From: Bdellovibrionota bacterium
GTDB taxonomy: Bacteria > Bdellovibrionota_C > UBA2361 > JAAYZI01
DNA length: 64,000 nucleotides
Direction: 5' to 3'
NCBI GenBank assembly: GCA_050950765.1
Contig: JBMNIF010000002.1
Location: 1,056,001 to 1,120,000, forward strand
Part shown: positions 11,542-21,852 of the stretch, piece after piece
Numbering within the stretch: position 1 is the first letter of the stretch
Layout: every line of letters begins with the position of its first letter
Position numbers and translations under genes: made by a program
The notes under the pieces: generated by a model
What the model was told of the DNA's origin: nothing
Seen by the model: the letters and a program-made list of their open reading frames with translations, nothing else
Databases searched by the model: none

Positions 11542-11856
11542 ATGCAGGAAGTGACGACTACTAAAGTTGTTAAAAAACCGAAGCGAAGGTGTATCGGTTG
11601 TTTGCAACGCGATTTAAAGTCAAATCTTGCTCGTGTTGTATGGAGTGGTGAGGAGTTGCTTTTTGATGAAAAGCAGACCTTTCAGGCGCGTGCTGCTTAC
11701 ATTCATCGGAGTGAAAGTTGTTTGCAAAAAGCTAAAAGCTGTGCCTGTTGGGAAAAGGCTTTAAAGCTGTCATCAGGTACATTAAAGGCGTTGCTTTTGC
11801 CGCAAGAGTTACAGAGAGAAAAGTCGGCGGCTTTGTTGAAACGGGTTAGGTTGTAA
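11542..11856 (+). CDS. ylxR: YlxR/DUF448 family RNA-binding protein
   Basis: PKRRCIGC...ARAAYI; conserved position between nusA and infB. Confidence 0.8.
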   Translation: MQEVTTTKVVKKPKRRCIGCLQRDLKSNLARVVWSGEELLFDEKQTFQARAAYIHRSESCLQKAKSCACWEKALKLSSGTLKALLLPQELQREKSAALLKRVRL

Positions 11857-11933
11857 GGTTGGCGAAACGTTCATCTATACTGGATGATACGAGATCGGTT
11901 TCCGGATTTGTGTAAAATAAAGAGAAGTTGAGA

Positions 11934-14690
11934 ATGGCGAAAATCAGGATATATGAACTTGCTAGAGAGCTAGGCGTCGACAATAAAGCCGTTATCCTTA
12001 AAGCTCAAGAACTTGGGATGCCGGGTAAATTATCGCATTCCAATTCTCTTGAAGAGAGTGAAGCTGAACAGTTACGTCGAGCATTTATACGAGCGGCGGT
12101 TAGTCCTGCTCCGCAAAGCACCACTAGAGTTGTCAAAAAACAGGTTGATGTTTCAACCGGAGAGACGAGAACTATTATCGAGAGTAGGAAAGGGAACGTT
12201 GTTAGACGTAGGCGGCAAAGTGAACCGGAAGTGCAGGTTAAGCAAGAAGTAGAGCAACGTGAAGAAGAGGAGATAAAAGAGTCAACCGTCGAAGTCGCAC
12301 TTGAATCTCGTGAAGATACGACAGAAAAGGATCAGGTCTTATCAAGTGGTGTGGTACCTACTGAAGTCGTGGTGGGGGAAGAAGTTTCTGAATCTATTGC
12401 GCAAGATGAAGAAGGTTCATCTGAAGCTCTTCTTGAAGAAGAGGTGGCTTCTGCAGCAGAGAAAGTTATTTCAGAATCTGAAGTGGTAGAAGATCTTCAG
12501 GAAGAGGACTCCTCTGCAGAAGATGAGGCTGCGGAAGAAGAACAAGAGGTAAGTAAAGTTGAAGATGTTATAAAGAGAGGGGTCAAGAAAGTAATTGTAG
12601 GGCCGAAAATTTTAGGAAAGATAGAGCTACCGCAGAAAAAGAAAAAAGGTGAAAAGAGTGAAAGGGGTGAGCGTACCTTTGAAAAAGGAGGTCCCGTCGC
12701 TTCTCAATACGATGAAAGTATTGAGGATGATGAGGATGAAGAGGGCGGTCGTCGTCAAGGTGGAGGTAAAAAACGTTCTCGCAAGCGAGAGTTCACACGT
12801 GGGCAGTTAGTCGATTACGATGGCAGACCAGGGAGACGACGGGGGCCTAAAGATGCTAAAGGCAAAGGCGAGCAAGTTGAAAAAGAGGAAGCCGTTGTGG
12901 AGACGCAACCCCAAAGAGCTTCGAAACGGGTAGTCAAGATGGCTACTGATGTGATTACGGTTGGTGAACTTGCCAGACAGATGAGTTTAAAAGTTGCAGA
13001 GGTTATTTCAAAGTTAATGCAGCTCGGTGTAATGGCAACGATAAATCAAGCGGTGGACTCTGATACTGCTGCGATAGTTGCTGATGAGTTCGGCTTTACC
13101 ATTGAGTTTACCGGTTTTGATGAAGAAGAGATCTTGATGATTGAGCCGGATACTGCTGATGTCCGTATGGAGTTAAGATCTCCTGTTGTGACAGTGATGG
13201 GGCACGTTGATCACGGTAAAACTTCATTACTTGATGCAATTAGAAAAACTTCCGTAGCGGCGCGTGAACACGGAGGAATTACACAACACGTTGGAGCGTA
13301 CAAGGTAAAGCTACCAAGTAATCGTAGCGTTGTGTTTATTGATACACCTGGCCACGCTGCTTTCACTCAGATGCGTGCACGTGGTGCTGAGGTAACTGAT
13401 ATTGTGATTATCGTTGTTGCGGCAGATGACGGTGTGATGCCTCAAACAATAGAGGCTATTAACCATGCTAAAGCTGCAAATGTTAGTATCTGTGTTGCAA
13501 TTAACAAGATGGATAAGCCTGAAGCGAATCCTGATAAAGTTAAACAACAGTTAGCAGAGCGAGGGCTGCAACCGGAAGATTGGGGTGGTGATGTGATGAT
13601 GTTCCCCGTTTCTGCAGCAACTCGTGAGGGAATACCAGAGTTGTTAGAAGGCCTTTTATTGCTGGCTGAAATTAAAGAATTAAAGGCTAATGTAACGGGG
13701 CGTGCTAAGGGAACTATTATTGAATCAAGGCAGGAGCGTGGACGTGGTACCGTCGTAACATTACTGGTTCAGTCCGGATGCTTAAAGATCGGTGATATCT
13801 ATGTTTGTGGAGCTGAATACGGAAGAGTCAGGGCTCTTTACGATGATAGACAAAATAGAATTGAGGAAGCAGGCCCGTCAGATCCTGTTGAGCTCTCCGG
13901 TCTATACGGCGTACCTATGGCTGGTGATGATTTCATCGTGGTTGAAAATGAGCAGCAAGCAAAACAGGTAGCGACCAATCGTAAACAACGTAAGATGGCA
14001 AAAGATCAACTCTCCTTAGCTGGTGGTCCGATCAGCTTAGAGGAGTTTGCACGACGAGCCGGTCAGGAACAGGCTTTAGAGTTAAATATTATCATTAAAA
14101 CGGATGTGCACGGAACGTTGGAAGCGATTACGGAGTCCGTAGAGAAGCTTTCAACTCAGAAGGTCAAGGTGCGAGTCTTACACGGTGGTGTTGGTGCCAT
14201 CACTGAATCTGATGTGCAGTTGGCGTTAGCATCAAAAGCCATTATCGTTGGCTTCGGGGTGCGCGCTGAGCCTAGGACGATTAACGAAGCTGAAAGTGTT
14301 GGTGTAGAATTACGCTTTTATAGGGTAATTTACGAGTTATTGGATGATGTAAAGTTGGCGATGGCGGGGTTACTTGATCCGATTAAGAAAGAGGTTTCTT
14401 TAGCCAGAGCTGAAGTGCGAGATACCTTTGTGGTGCCTAAAACAGGTACTGTCGCAGGGTGTTATGTTTTGAACGGAACTGTTAAACGTGGTGCGCGCTT
14501 ACGATTGTTGCGGGATAATAATGTTATTCATGAAGGAAAGATGCTTTCATTGCGTCGTTTTAAGGATGATGTAAAGGAAGTGGCTGCTGGATATGAATGC
14601 GGTATCTCATTTGTCGGTTATAATGATATTAAAGTTTCCGACATTATCGAAGTTTATGAAATTGAAGAAGTTGCAGCAACGTTGGAGTAA
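11934..14690 (+). CDS. infB: Translation initiation factor IF-2
   Basis: [36 protein letters not shown]. Confidence 0.98.
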   Translation: MAKIRIYELARELGVDNKAVILKAQELGMPGKLSHSNSLEESEAEQLRRAFIRAAVSPAPQSTTRVVKKQVDVSTGETRTIIESRKGNVVRRRRQSEPEVQVKQEVEQREEEEIKESTVEVALESREDTTEKDQVLSSGVVPTEVVVGEEVSESIAQDEEGSSEALLEEEVASAAEKVISESEVVEDLQEEDSSAEDEAAEEEQEVSKVEDVIKRGVKKVIVGPKILGKIELPQKKKKGEKSERGERTFEKGGPVASQYDESIEDDEDEEGGRRQGGGKKRSRKREFTRGQLVDYDGRPGRRRGPKDAKGKGEQVEKEEAVVETQPQRASKRVVKMATDVITVGELARQMSLKVAEVISKLMQLGVMATINQAVDSDTAAIVADEFGFTIEFTGFDEEEILMIEPDTADVRMELRSPVVTVMGHVDHGKTSLLDAIRKTSVAAREHGGITQHVGAYKVKLPSNRSVVFIDTPGHAAFTQMRARGAEVTDIVIIVVAADDGVMPQTIEAINHAKAANVSICVAINKMDKPEANPDKVKQQLAERGLQPEDWGGDVMMFPVSAATREGIPELLEGLLLLAEIKELKANVTGRAKGTIIESRQERGRGTVVTLLVQSGCLKIGDIYVCGAEYGRVRALYDDRQNRIEEAGPSDPVELSGLYGVPMAGDDFIVVENEQQAKQVATNRKQRKMAKDQLSLAGGPISLEEFARRAGQEQALELNIIIKTDVHGTLEAITESVEKLSTQKVKVRVLHGGVGAITESDVQLALASKAIIVGFGVRAEPRTINEAESVGVELRFYRVIYELLDDVKLAMAGLLDPIKKEVSLARAEVRDTFVVPKTGTVAGCYVLNGTVKRGARLRLLRDNNVIHEGKMLSLRRFKDDVKEVAAGYECGISFVGYNDIKVSDIIEVYEIEEVAATLE

Positions 14691-14696
14691 TTTCTT

Positions 14697-15104
14697 GTGG
14701 CAGAAAGACGGCGTGTTTTTAAGGTTTCTGAGAGGATTCGTGAAATAGTAGCGGGAGTGTTGCCACGCGCTGCGGATCCGAGATTTTCTATGGTCACTAT
14801 AACAGGGGTGGTGGTTAGTCCTGATTTAAGAGAGGCTAAGCTTTATTGGTCTGCTCCAGATGCAAAAGATAATCTGCTTGAGATGGAAAAAGCTTTTCGT
14901 AATGCGACAGGTTTTTTTAGACGTGCCGTTGGAGATAACTTAGATCTGCGCTTTGTTCCGAATTTACGTTTTATTTATGATGATACGTTGGATGTATATG
15001 CGCAGGTGCAGGAATTGATTGCAAAGATTCCACCTGAAGATCTTGCTCCGAAGGATGCCGTTACACACTCTGAAGAACAGGATGCAGAAGATGGCGATGA
15101 CTGA
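14697..15104 (+). CDS. rbfA: Ribosome-binding factor A
   Basis: DPR..VTIT.V.VSPDL, LRFVPNLRFIYD; follows infB. Confidence 0.93.
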   Translation: MAERRRVFKVSERIREIVAGVLPRAADPRFSMVTITGVVVSPDLREAKLYWSAPDAKDNLLEMEKAFRNATGFFRRAVGDNLDLRFVPNLRFIYDDTLDVYAQVQELIAKIPPEDLAPKDAVTHSEEQDAEDGDD

Positions 15105-16146
15105 AGATCGTTCAAAAGGTGTTGAGCAAAACAGAGAGCACCACTCTGACGACTCTTTTAAAGAGAGTAAGAGAGAGGTTTGGGCTAAAATAATTGAACA
15201 GATCAGATCCGCCGAAAATATCTTGGTTGTTGCACATCAAAGTCCAGATCCGGATGCTTTCGGTTCTAGTTGTGGCATGACTTTAGCTTTAAAGTATTTT
15301 GGGAAAAATGCACTCTGCCTTAATCAAGATGGGGCTGCACCACACCTGCAATACATCCCTGACGCTTTTGCTGTTACGGATACCGTCCCTGCAGGAGAGT
15401 GGGATCTGATAATCGTTTGCGATTGTGGTGAGAAGGAAAGGATTGGATCTGAACTCCTTAATCAACTTCCGCAAGGTGTTCCGATCGTGAACCTCGATCA
15501 CCATTATTCAAATGATAATTTTGGAGATTTAAATCTCGTTCTTCCAAATGCTAGCTCCGCTTCTGAAATCGTTTTTGAAGTGGTTAGTGATCTCCTCGGA
15601 ACGTTAACTCCAGAGATTGCAGAGTGTTTATTAACTGGAATAATTGCAGACACAGGCGGGTTTCGTTATTCATCAGCTACGGCATATACCTTTATTGTAG
15701 CTGAAAAATTAATTAAAGCCGGTGCTAATCTTGAACGTGTAAATCGTAATCTATTTAGTAATCGCTCTCTAGCAGCAGTACGTTTAGCGGCGGCGGCGAT
15801 CTCTGCAATGAAGATTCACGCTGCGGGAAAGGTCGTAGAGATCTTAGTAACGGAAGAGATGATGCAGCGTTTCTCGGCGCAACCGACAGATTGCGAAGGT
15901 TTGGTTGATGCAGGACGTGATATTGAGGGGGTTTGTGTTTCAATTTTAATTCGTAAAGATGGAGATCTTTGGAAGGTTAGTTTAAGGTCTAAATATTCAG
16001 AGTGTAATGTTTCAGAGGTGGCAGCCACTTTTAATGGTGGTGGGCATGTGCAAGCAGCTGCCTGTCGTTGGAGCGGAGAGTTAGAAGATCTTAGAAGTTC
16101 ATTATTGGCTAAAGTAATTCAAGTTGTTAATGATTCAGGAAAATGA
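15097..16146 (+). CDS. nrnA: DHH/DHHA1 oligoribonuclease/pAp phosphatase
   Basis: HQSPDPDA, LDHH, DTGGF, SLRS, GGGH; start approximate. Confidence 0.9.
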   Translation: MTEDRSKGVEQNREHHSDDSFKESKREVWAKIIEQIRSAENILVVAHQSPDPDAFGSSCGMTLALKYFGKNALCLNQDGAAPHLQYIPDAFAVTDTVPAGEWDLIIVCDCGEKERIGSELLNQLPQGVPIVNLDHHYSNDNFGDLNLVLPNASSASEIVFEVVSDLLGTLTPEIAECLLTGIIADTGGFRYSSATAYTFIVAEKLIKAGANLERVNRNLFSNRSLAAVRLAAAAISAMKIHAAGKVVEILVTEEMMQRFSAQPTDCEGLVDAGRDIEGVCVSILIRKDGDLWKVSLRSKYSECNVSEVAATFNGGGHVQAAACRWSGELEDLRSSLLAKVIQVVNDSGK

Positions 16147-17014
16147 ACACCGATCAGGGATCGTTTTATTAGATAAGCCTGCCGGAATTACTTCGGCGAA
16201 GGCGATCGCTATCTTAAAACGGAGATTACGGTGTAAAAAGATAGGGCATGCTGGAACCTTAGATCCTATGGCAACAGGGTTGCTTGTTTGCTTAATCAAT
16301 GGTGCTACTAAATTAGCGGCGTTGGCGGTAGCAGGTGATAAAGTTTATTCAGGAACCTTTCTATTTGGTGTTGTTACCGATACGGATGACATTGAAGGAA
16401 AAGTCATCTCGCACTCTCTTGATTTGCCGACATTTGATCAGGTGCAAGAGCACCTTAAGAGCTTTCTTGGAACAATAGAGCAGGTGCCTCCGCAAGTCAG
16501 TGCAATAAAGGTCGATGGAGAGCCTCTTTATAAACGTGTCAGGCGGGGCGAGGAGGTAGTTATAACGCCACGTTCTGTAACGATTCACTCCTTTGAGATC
16601 TTTCCGACGGAGGTGCCTGAAAAGTTTGATTTTAGAATACACTGCTCTAAGGGGACGTATATCAGATCTATTGCAAGAGATTTAGGCGTTGCTGTGGGGT
16701 GTGGAGCTTGCTTGGCGAAGCTACGTCGTGAGAAGTCTTATCCTTTTGACACTATCAACGGAAAAAAAATTGAAGAAATTGATGCTTCTGACATCTTGGA
16801 TTGGTGGACTTTGCTCCCTGATGTTGGGATGATAGAGCTGGAAGATGGTGCTGCGCAACGTCTTAAAAATGGGGATCAATCTCTACTAACGAAGATATCC
16901 GAGTCTTTCCCTGATGTTAACAGTGTGATTTATGGGGATAGTCGTTACCGTTACGGGGTCTTGGTTAGGGAAACGCTTGACGGTGCTTGGAAGATAGCCG
17001 TTAATGTGGTGTAG
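16130..17014 (+). CDS. truB: tRNA pseudouridine(55) synthase
   Basis: DKP, GHAGTLDPMATG, SKGTYIRS. Confidence 0.97.
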   Translation: MIQENEHRSGIVLLDKPAGITSAKAIAILKRRLRCKKIGHAGTLDPMATGLLVCLINGATKLAALAVAGDKVYSGTFLFGVVTDTDDIEGKVISHSLDLPTFDQVQEHLKSFLGTIEQVPPQVSAIKVDGEPLYKRVRRGEEVVITPRSVTIHSFEIFPTEVPEKFDFRIHCSKGTYIRSIARDLGVAVGCGACLAKLRREKSYPFDTINGKKIEEIDASDILDWWTLLPDVGMIELEDGAAQRLKNGDQSLLTKISESFPDVNSVIYGDSRYRYGVLVRETLDGAWKIAVNVV

Positions 17015-17054
17015 TGAGATGTTATATGTTTTTTAATCTTACAGGAGAAGATAG

Positions 17055-18362
17055 ATGCCATCTTTAGTATTAGTCGGTGCCCAATGGGGTGACGAAGGCA
17101 AGGGGAAACTCGTTGATTATTTAGCGCCGAAGGCGAATTGGGTTGTCCGTTTTCAAGGCGGAAATAATGCGGGTCACACCGTTATTGTCGGAGAAAAAAC
17201 ATATAAATTAAGCCTTATACCATCAGGAATTTTACATACCGAAACGTGTTGTGCATTAGGAGCGGGGGTCGTGATTGATCCGGAAGTGCTATTAAGTGAG
17301 ATGGCAAAGCTTAATGAAGATGGTGTTAGTACTTCGCCAGAGCGTTTGATTGTAGATAGAGATGCTCATCTGATCCTTGAATATCATAAATTGATTGATG
17401 TCGCACGTGAGCACTCTATGGGTGCTGCTAAGATCGGCACAACGGGGCGAGGTATTGGGCCAGCCTACGAAGATAGAGCAGCTAGAATGGGTGTGCGGAT
17501 GGCTGATCTCTTTGATCTGGGGGCGTTAAAGAAGAGGTTACGAGAGATTACAGATCAGAAGAATCTTTATTTATCAGGTGTTTTGGGGAGTGCAACGGTG
17601 GCTGATTTTGATCAAATTTGGCAGGTCGTAGAGCGAGCTGCTGAAAAGTTGTGTCCTCATGTGCGTAACGTCAGTTTGTTGATCGATCAAGCGCTGCAAA
17701 ACGGTAAGAAGGTGCTTTTTGAAGGTGCACAAGGAACGTTGCTGGATCAGATGCACGGAACAGTTCCGTTTGTAACTTCTTCAAATACAGTGGCGGGTGC
17801 TGCTGCTACCGGTACGGGGATCGGACCTAATAAGATAGATTACGTTTTAGGTATTGTAAAAGCTTATACGACCCGTGTGGGGAGTGGGCCATTCCCAACT
17901 GAATTGAATGATAAGGATGGCGATCACCTTTGCGAGAAAGGGCGGGAGTTCGGCACCGTCACGGGTAGAAAAAGACGGTGCGGTTGGTTTGATGGTGTGG
18001 CGATGCGACGGGCTGTCAGATTAAACGGTATAAATTCTTTTGCCATCACTAAATTGGATGTTCTTTCAGGTTTAGATACTTTAAAAATTTGCACTAAATA
18101 TAAACTTGATGGGGAGTATATTGATGATGTGCCACCTCTCGCTAGTGAGAGTGCTAGGGTGCAGCCTGAGTATATTGAATTAGCTGGCTGGAAAGAAGAT
18201 ATCTCAACGGTAAAGTCGTGGCAGGAGTTGCCAGAGGCTGCTAAAAGATATCTTTCGACTATTTCGGACGTTACAGGTTGTCAGATCTCTGTTTTGAGTA
18301 TAGGACCAGATCGAGATTCAACGATCTTTTCAGATTGTTCACAGTTTATCCGTAACTTTTAA
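17055..18362 (+). CDS. purA: Adenylosuccinate synthase
   Basis: GAQWGDEGKGK, GGNNAGHT, GIGPAY, GRKRRCGW. Confidence 0.98.
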   Translation: MPSLVLVGAQWGDEGKGKLVDYLAPKANWVVRFQGGNNAGHTVIVGEKTYKLSLIPSGILHTETCCALGAGVVIDPEVLLSEMAKLNEDGVSTSPERLIVDRDAHLILEYHKLIDVAREHSMGAAKIGTTGRGIGPAYEDRAARMGVRMADLFDLGALKKRLREITDQKNLYLSGVLGSATVADFDQIWQVVERAAEKLCPHVRNVSLLIDQALQNGKKVLFEGAQGTLLDQMHGTVPFVTSSNTVAGAAATGTGIGPNKIDYVLGIVKAYTTRVGSGPFPTELNDKDGDHLCEKGREFGTVTGRKRRCGWFDGVAMRRAVRLNGINSFAITKLDVLSGLDTLKICTKYKLDGEYIDDVPPLASESARVQPEYIELAGWKEDISTVKSWQELPEAAKRYLSTISDVTGCQISVLSIGPDRDSTIFSDCSQFIRNF

Positions 18363-18384
18363 AGGTGATGAGGAGTTGAAAGTC

Positions 18385-19716
18385 ATGCAGAATGAGGTGC
18401 CGCAAAAAATTCTTATAATTGATGATGAAGAGAGTATCTGCCGTACATTAACTGCTATCTTTAAGGATGAAGGCTTTGCGCCGATCTCTGCACAAGATGG
18501 AGAAACGGGGTTGCAACTTATTCGAGAATCATCACCAGCTCTAGTGTTGCTGGATATCTGGATGCCGAGTATGGATGGGATTGAGGTCTTACAAAAGATT
18601 AAAGAGATAGATCACGATATCCCTGTTGTGATGATTAGTGGGCACGCTACTATTTCGACTGCGTTGCAGGCGACTCGGATGGGTGCTGCGGATTTTATTG
18701 AAAAGCCTCTGGAATTGGAAGCTACTATGCGCGTTGTTAGGCGTGTGCTCGGGATAACAGATCTTGAAAACGAAGTTGAAGCAGGGCAGGTCTCAGAAGA
18801 AAAAGCGACAGCGGAGTGGGTTATCAATGGTGGGAGCGAAGGGGTAGCCATTAACAGAGTTGTTTTTGAAGATCAGAAATGGCGCGGGCGTAAAGTAACA
18901 CAAAAGACCTTAAAACACAGCGCAATCTTATACGGGCACGGTGTGCATAGTGGAAAGAAATCAGGTTTGCTACTTGAGCCGTTAGGTGCAAATTGTGGGA
19001 TCCATTTTACAGCTGTTGCTTCAACACAAGCTGTACCAGCACATCTGAATTACGTTCATTCAACAGGGTATGCCACAACGATTAGAGAGGGTGAAAATAG
19101 CGTTGCTACTGTGGAGCATTTAATGTCTGCTTTACATGCCTATGGCATAACTAATCTACTGATAAAGTGTAACGGTGAAGTGCCTGTTATGGATGGTTCG
19201 GCGCTAGAGTTTTGTAACCTCTTTGATCAAGTTGGTCTTGAGGAACAGGTAGGAGATTTTTATGAAATCGAAGTAAAGCACGCCGTTCGGATCGGAAATG
19301 AGAAGGAGTATATCTTACTTGAGCCTGCCGATGAATTTTCAATTGAATATACCTTGCAATATCCAGAACCGATTGGGCGACAGTATATGCAGTTTACTTT
19401 AGAGAGCCCTGCGACATTTGTAGATTTTGTGGCACCAGCTAGAACTTTCGGATTTGTAAGGGATATCGGTGCACTGCAGAAGCAAGGTTTAGCGCAAGGC
19501 GGACGCTTTGATAATTTTGTGCTTGTTGGAGAAGATGGGATTATTAACGCAGATTTGCGTTATCCTGATGAGCCCGTGCGGCATAAAATTCTAGATATGA
19601 TTGGAGACCTTTACCTTTTAGGACGACCGATCCGTGGAAAGATTACTGCTTGTATGACGGGTCATTCTGATAATATTGCGTTATTGAGGGCGTTGCAAAA
19701 GGAGATGAATAAATAA
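18385..19716 (+). CDS. lpxC: Response-regulator receiver domain fused to UDP-3-O-acyl-GlcNAc deacetylase LpxC
   Basis: REC: IIDDE, LLDIWMP.MDG, ISGH, FIEKP; LpxC: TVEHLMSAL, EVPVMDGSA, ARTFGF, HKILDMIGDL, GH; AGGAG RBS before ATG 18385. Confidence 0.92.
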   Translation: MQNEVPQKILIIDDEESICRTLTAIFKDEGFAPISAQDGETGLQLIRESSPALVLLDIWMPSMDGIEVLQKIKEIDHDIPVVMISGHATISTALQATRMGAADFIEKPLELEATMRVVRRVLGITDLENEVEAGQVSEEKATAEWVINGGSEGVAINRVVFEDQKWRGRKVTQKTLKHSAILYGHGVHSGKKSGLLLEPLGANCGIHFTAVASTQAVPAHLNYVHSTGYATTIREGENSVATVEHLMSALHAYGITNLLIKCNGEVPVMDGSALEFCNLFDQVGLEEQVGDFYEIEVKHAVRIGNEKEYILLEPADEFSIEYTLQYPEPIGRQYMQFTLESPATFVDFVAPARTFGFVRDIGALQKQGLAQGGRFDNFVLVGEDGIINADLRYPDEPVRHKILDMIGDLYLLGRPIRGKITACMTGHSDNIALLRALQKEMNK

Positions 19717-19815
19717 AGGTAGATTATTTAGCCTCCAATCTGAGATAATCTTTTATTTTTAAGTTTTTTCTCGGTACTATACTGTATTGTTGCGGCTTTG
19801 ATTTGAGGGGTATTT

Positions 19816-20814
19816 ATGTTTTGTATTTCAGGACGTGATCTAGCGGTAGATTTGGGAACCTCCAATACACTGGTGTATATAAAAGGTAAGGGGGTCGTGC
19901 TTAATGAGCCTAGTGTTGTAGCTTTAAAGCAGCGTGGTAAGCGTCGAACTCCGATCGCGTTTGGAGCTGAAGCTAAAAATATCTTGGGGAAAGCTCCAGA
20001 AGGAGTGGTGGTGGTGCGCCCTGTTAGAGCAGGCGTTATCTCTGATTTTGAATCAGCTGGGATAATGCTAAATCAATTTTTAAGAACAGCTTTAAAGGCG
20101 CGTAGCTTTATAAAACCGCAAGTTGTAGTTACGGTTCCAAATACGATCTCAGAAGTTGAGAAGAGAGCTATTCGAGATTCTATTGAAGGAAGTGCTTCGA
20201 TTAAATTAATAGATCAAGCTATGGCTGCTGCTATCGGATCTGATCTGCCTGTGAAAGAACCTTCTGCTAGTATGATCGTTGATATCGGGGGTGGTACAAC
20301 GGACGTTGCTGTAATCAGTATGGGACAACTTGTTTGTTGTCAATCGGCGAGACAGGGAGGGGAGGCGGTTGATGATGCTATTATAAATTACCTTAGACGC
20401 CATCATCAGTTTATTATTGGAGAGACGACGGCCGAAAATATCAAAAAAACGTTAGGCTCTGCGCAGGCAGAGTACGATGATGAAGAGATGGAGGTGCGGG
20501 GGCGCAGTGTGACTAAAGGCACCCCTGCTACTACGGTCGTAACAAGTGGAGAGATAAGAGCTGCTATTGCAGAGCCTCTTAGTGGGATAATTTCAACGAT
20601 ACGTCACACCTTAGAGGTGACTCCGCCTGAGTTGGCAGGGGATATTATGTCAATCGGGTTAGTGCTGGTTGGAGGTGGTGCGCTCTTGCGTGGTTTAGAT
20701 CGCTTGATCTCTGATGAATTGCAAGTCGCTGTAAGAATTGCCGAAGATCCGCTAGGGGCGATCGTGGCAGGGGCTGGGAAGTGTTTGGAAAAAAATATCT
20801 CTGATGAGATTTAA
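19816..20814 (+). CDS. mreB: MreB/Mbl-family actin-like protein
   Basis: DLGTSNT, VDIGGGTTD, GGGALLRG; no mreC/mreD adjacent. Confidence 0.9.
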   Translation: MFCISGRDLAVDLGTSNTLVYIKGKGVVLNEPSVVALKQRGKRRTPIAFGAEAKNILGKAPEGVVVVRPVRAGVISDFESAGIMLNQFLRTALKARSFIKPQVVVTVPNTISEVEKRAIRDSIEGSASIKLIDQAMAAAIGSDLPVKEPSASMIVDIGGGTTDVAVISMGQLVCCQSARQGGEAVDDAIINYLRRHHQFIIGETTAENIKKTLGSAQAEYDDEEMEVRGRSVTKGTPATTVVTSGEIRAAIAEPLSGIISTIRHTLEVTPPELAGDIMSIGLVLVGGGALLRGLDRLISDELQVAVRIAEDPLGAIVAGAGKCLEKNISDEI

Positions 20815-21131
20815 GGGTCAAATAGTGGCTCTGTAAGCCTTAAAACCGTTAGGTAAAACTCTAAAATCGGTTACAACTTTTTAAAAAGTGCGCTTCTTCT
20901 CTTATGGCGCAGATCGTTGCCACGCATCTACCGAGTATGCTCGGTAGATGTTAATTGAAAGGTTTGCTGTTGTAAAAAGTTTGTAAAATTTAAAAAATCT
21001 TATATAATCCCCGTGTAAAATTCTTCTTGACAGGAAGAACTTAATCGAGGGAGCGTGGCACTGATTAAGGGTCATAAAAACGAGAAAAATACAATTTTTT
21101 TTATTTATTTTATCTTTTTTATCTGATTTCA

Positions 21132-21159
21132 TTGACATAATCGCTCCATAGATGATAAC
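21132..21159 (+). promoter_or_regulatory. Putative sigma70 promoter of the str operon
   Basis: TTGACA-16 bp-GATAAC with AT-rich upstream region. Confidence 0.45.
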
Positions 21160-21438
21160 AAAGCGCGTCGTTTCAAGACTGCAAGCTTTTAGTTCGCTGT
21201 TTTGAGGAGATGCAAGGCTTCCACCTCGGGGAAGTAACCATCTCATGACGTTTTGCTGCCAGATTCAACCTCTACGGTTGCCAATCTTAACCGAGGATAA
21301 GCAGCGAAATAGTATAAACGTGTTGAGATAGAGAAGTTGTCTTTTGTTCCCTTCTCTCTCTGATCTGATGCGTGTTGCGTCGTGCGATGTGTGTCGGATT
21401 TTGTAAGTTCGAATAATTGGATCGATGGAGCGGCTGGT

Positions 21439-21810
21439 ATGCCAACTATTAATCAGTTAGTACGTAATCGTAGGCAGGATAAGAGATACAAGAGTAAAAG
21501 TCCTGCCCTTAAAGAGTGTCCACAAAGACGTGGAGTTTGCACCCGTGTTTACACGCAAACTCCGAAGAAGCCTAACTCAGCTTTGCGTAAGGTAGCAAAG
21601 GTTAGACTTACGACAGGGGTGGAGGTTGCTTCTTATATCCCTGGAATTGGGCATAATCTGCAGGAGCACTCAGTTGTGTTAATTCGTGGTGGTCGTGTTA
21701 GAGACCTCCCAGGTGTTAGGTACCATATTATCCGTGGTAAGCTTGAAGCGCAGGGAGTACAGGGACGTCAGCAGAGTCGTTCTAAGTACGGTGCTAAGAG
21801 ACCTAAGTAA
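21439..21810 (+). CDS. rpsL: 30S ribosomal protein S12
   Basis: [27 protein letters not shown]. Confidence 0.99.
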   Translation: MPTINQLVRNRRQDKRYKSKSPALKECPQRRGVCTRVYTQTPKKPNSALRKVAKVRLTTGVEVASYIPGIGHNLQEHSVVLIRGGRVRDLPGVRYHIIRGKLEAQGVQGRQQSRSKYGAKRPK

Positions 21811-21852
21811 CGTTTGTGTGTTGATTTTTAATCGTCCCGTTTGGGGGGTGTT

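Noticed and set aside
20902..21246. 114 aa minus-strand ORF upstream of rpsL
   Set aside because: No recognisable motif; overlaps the AT-rich promoter and leader region
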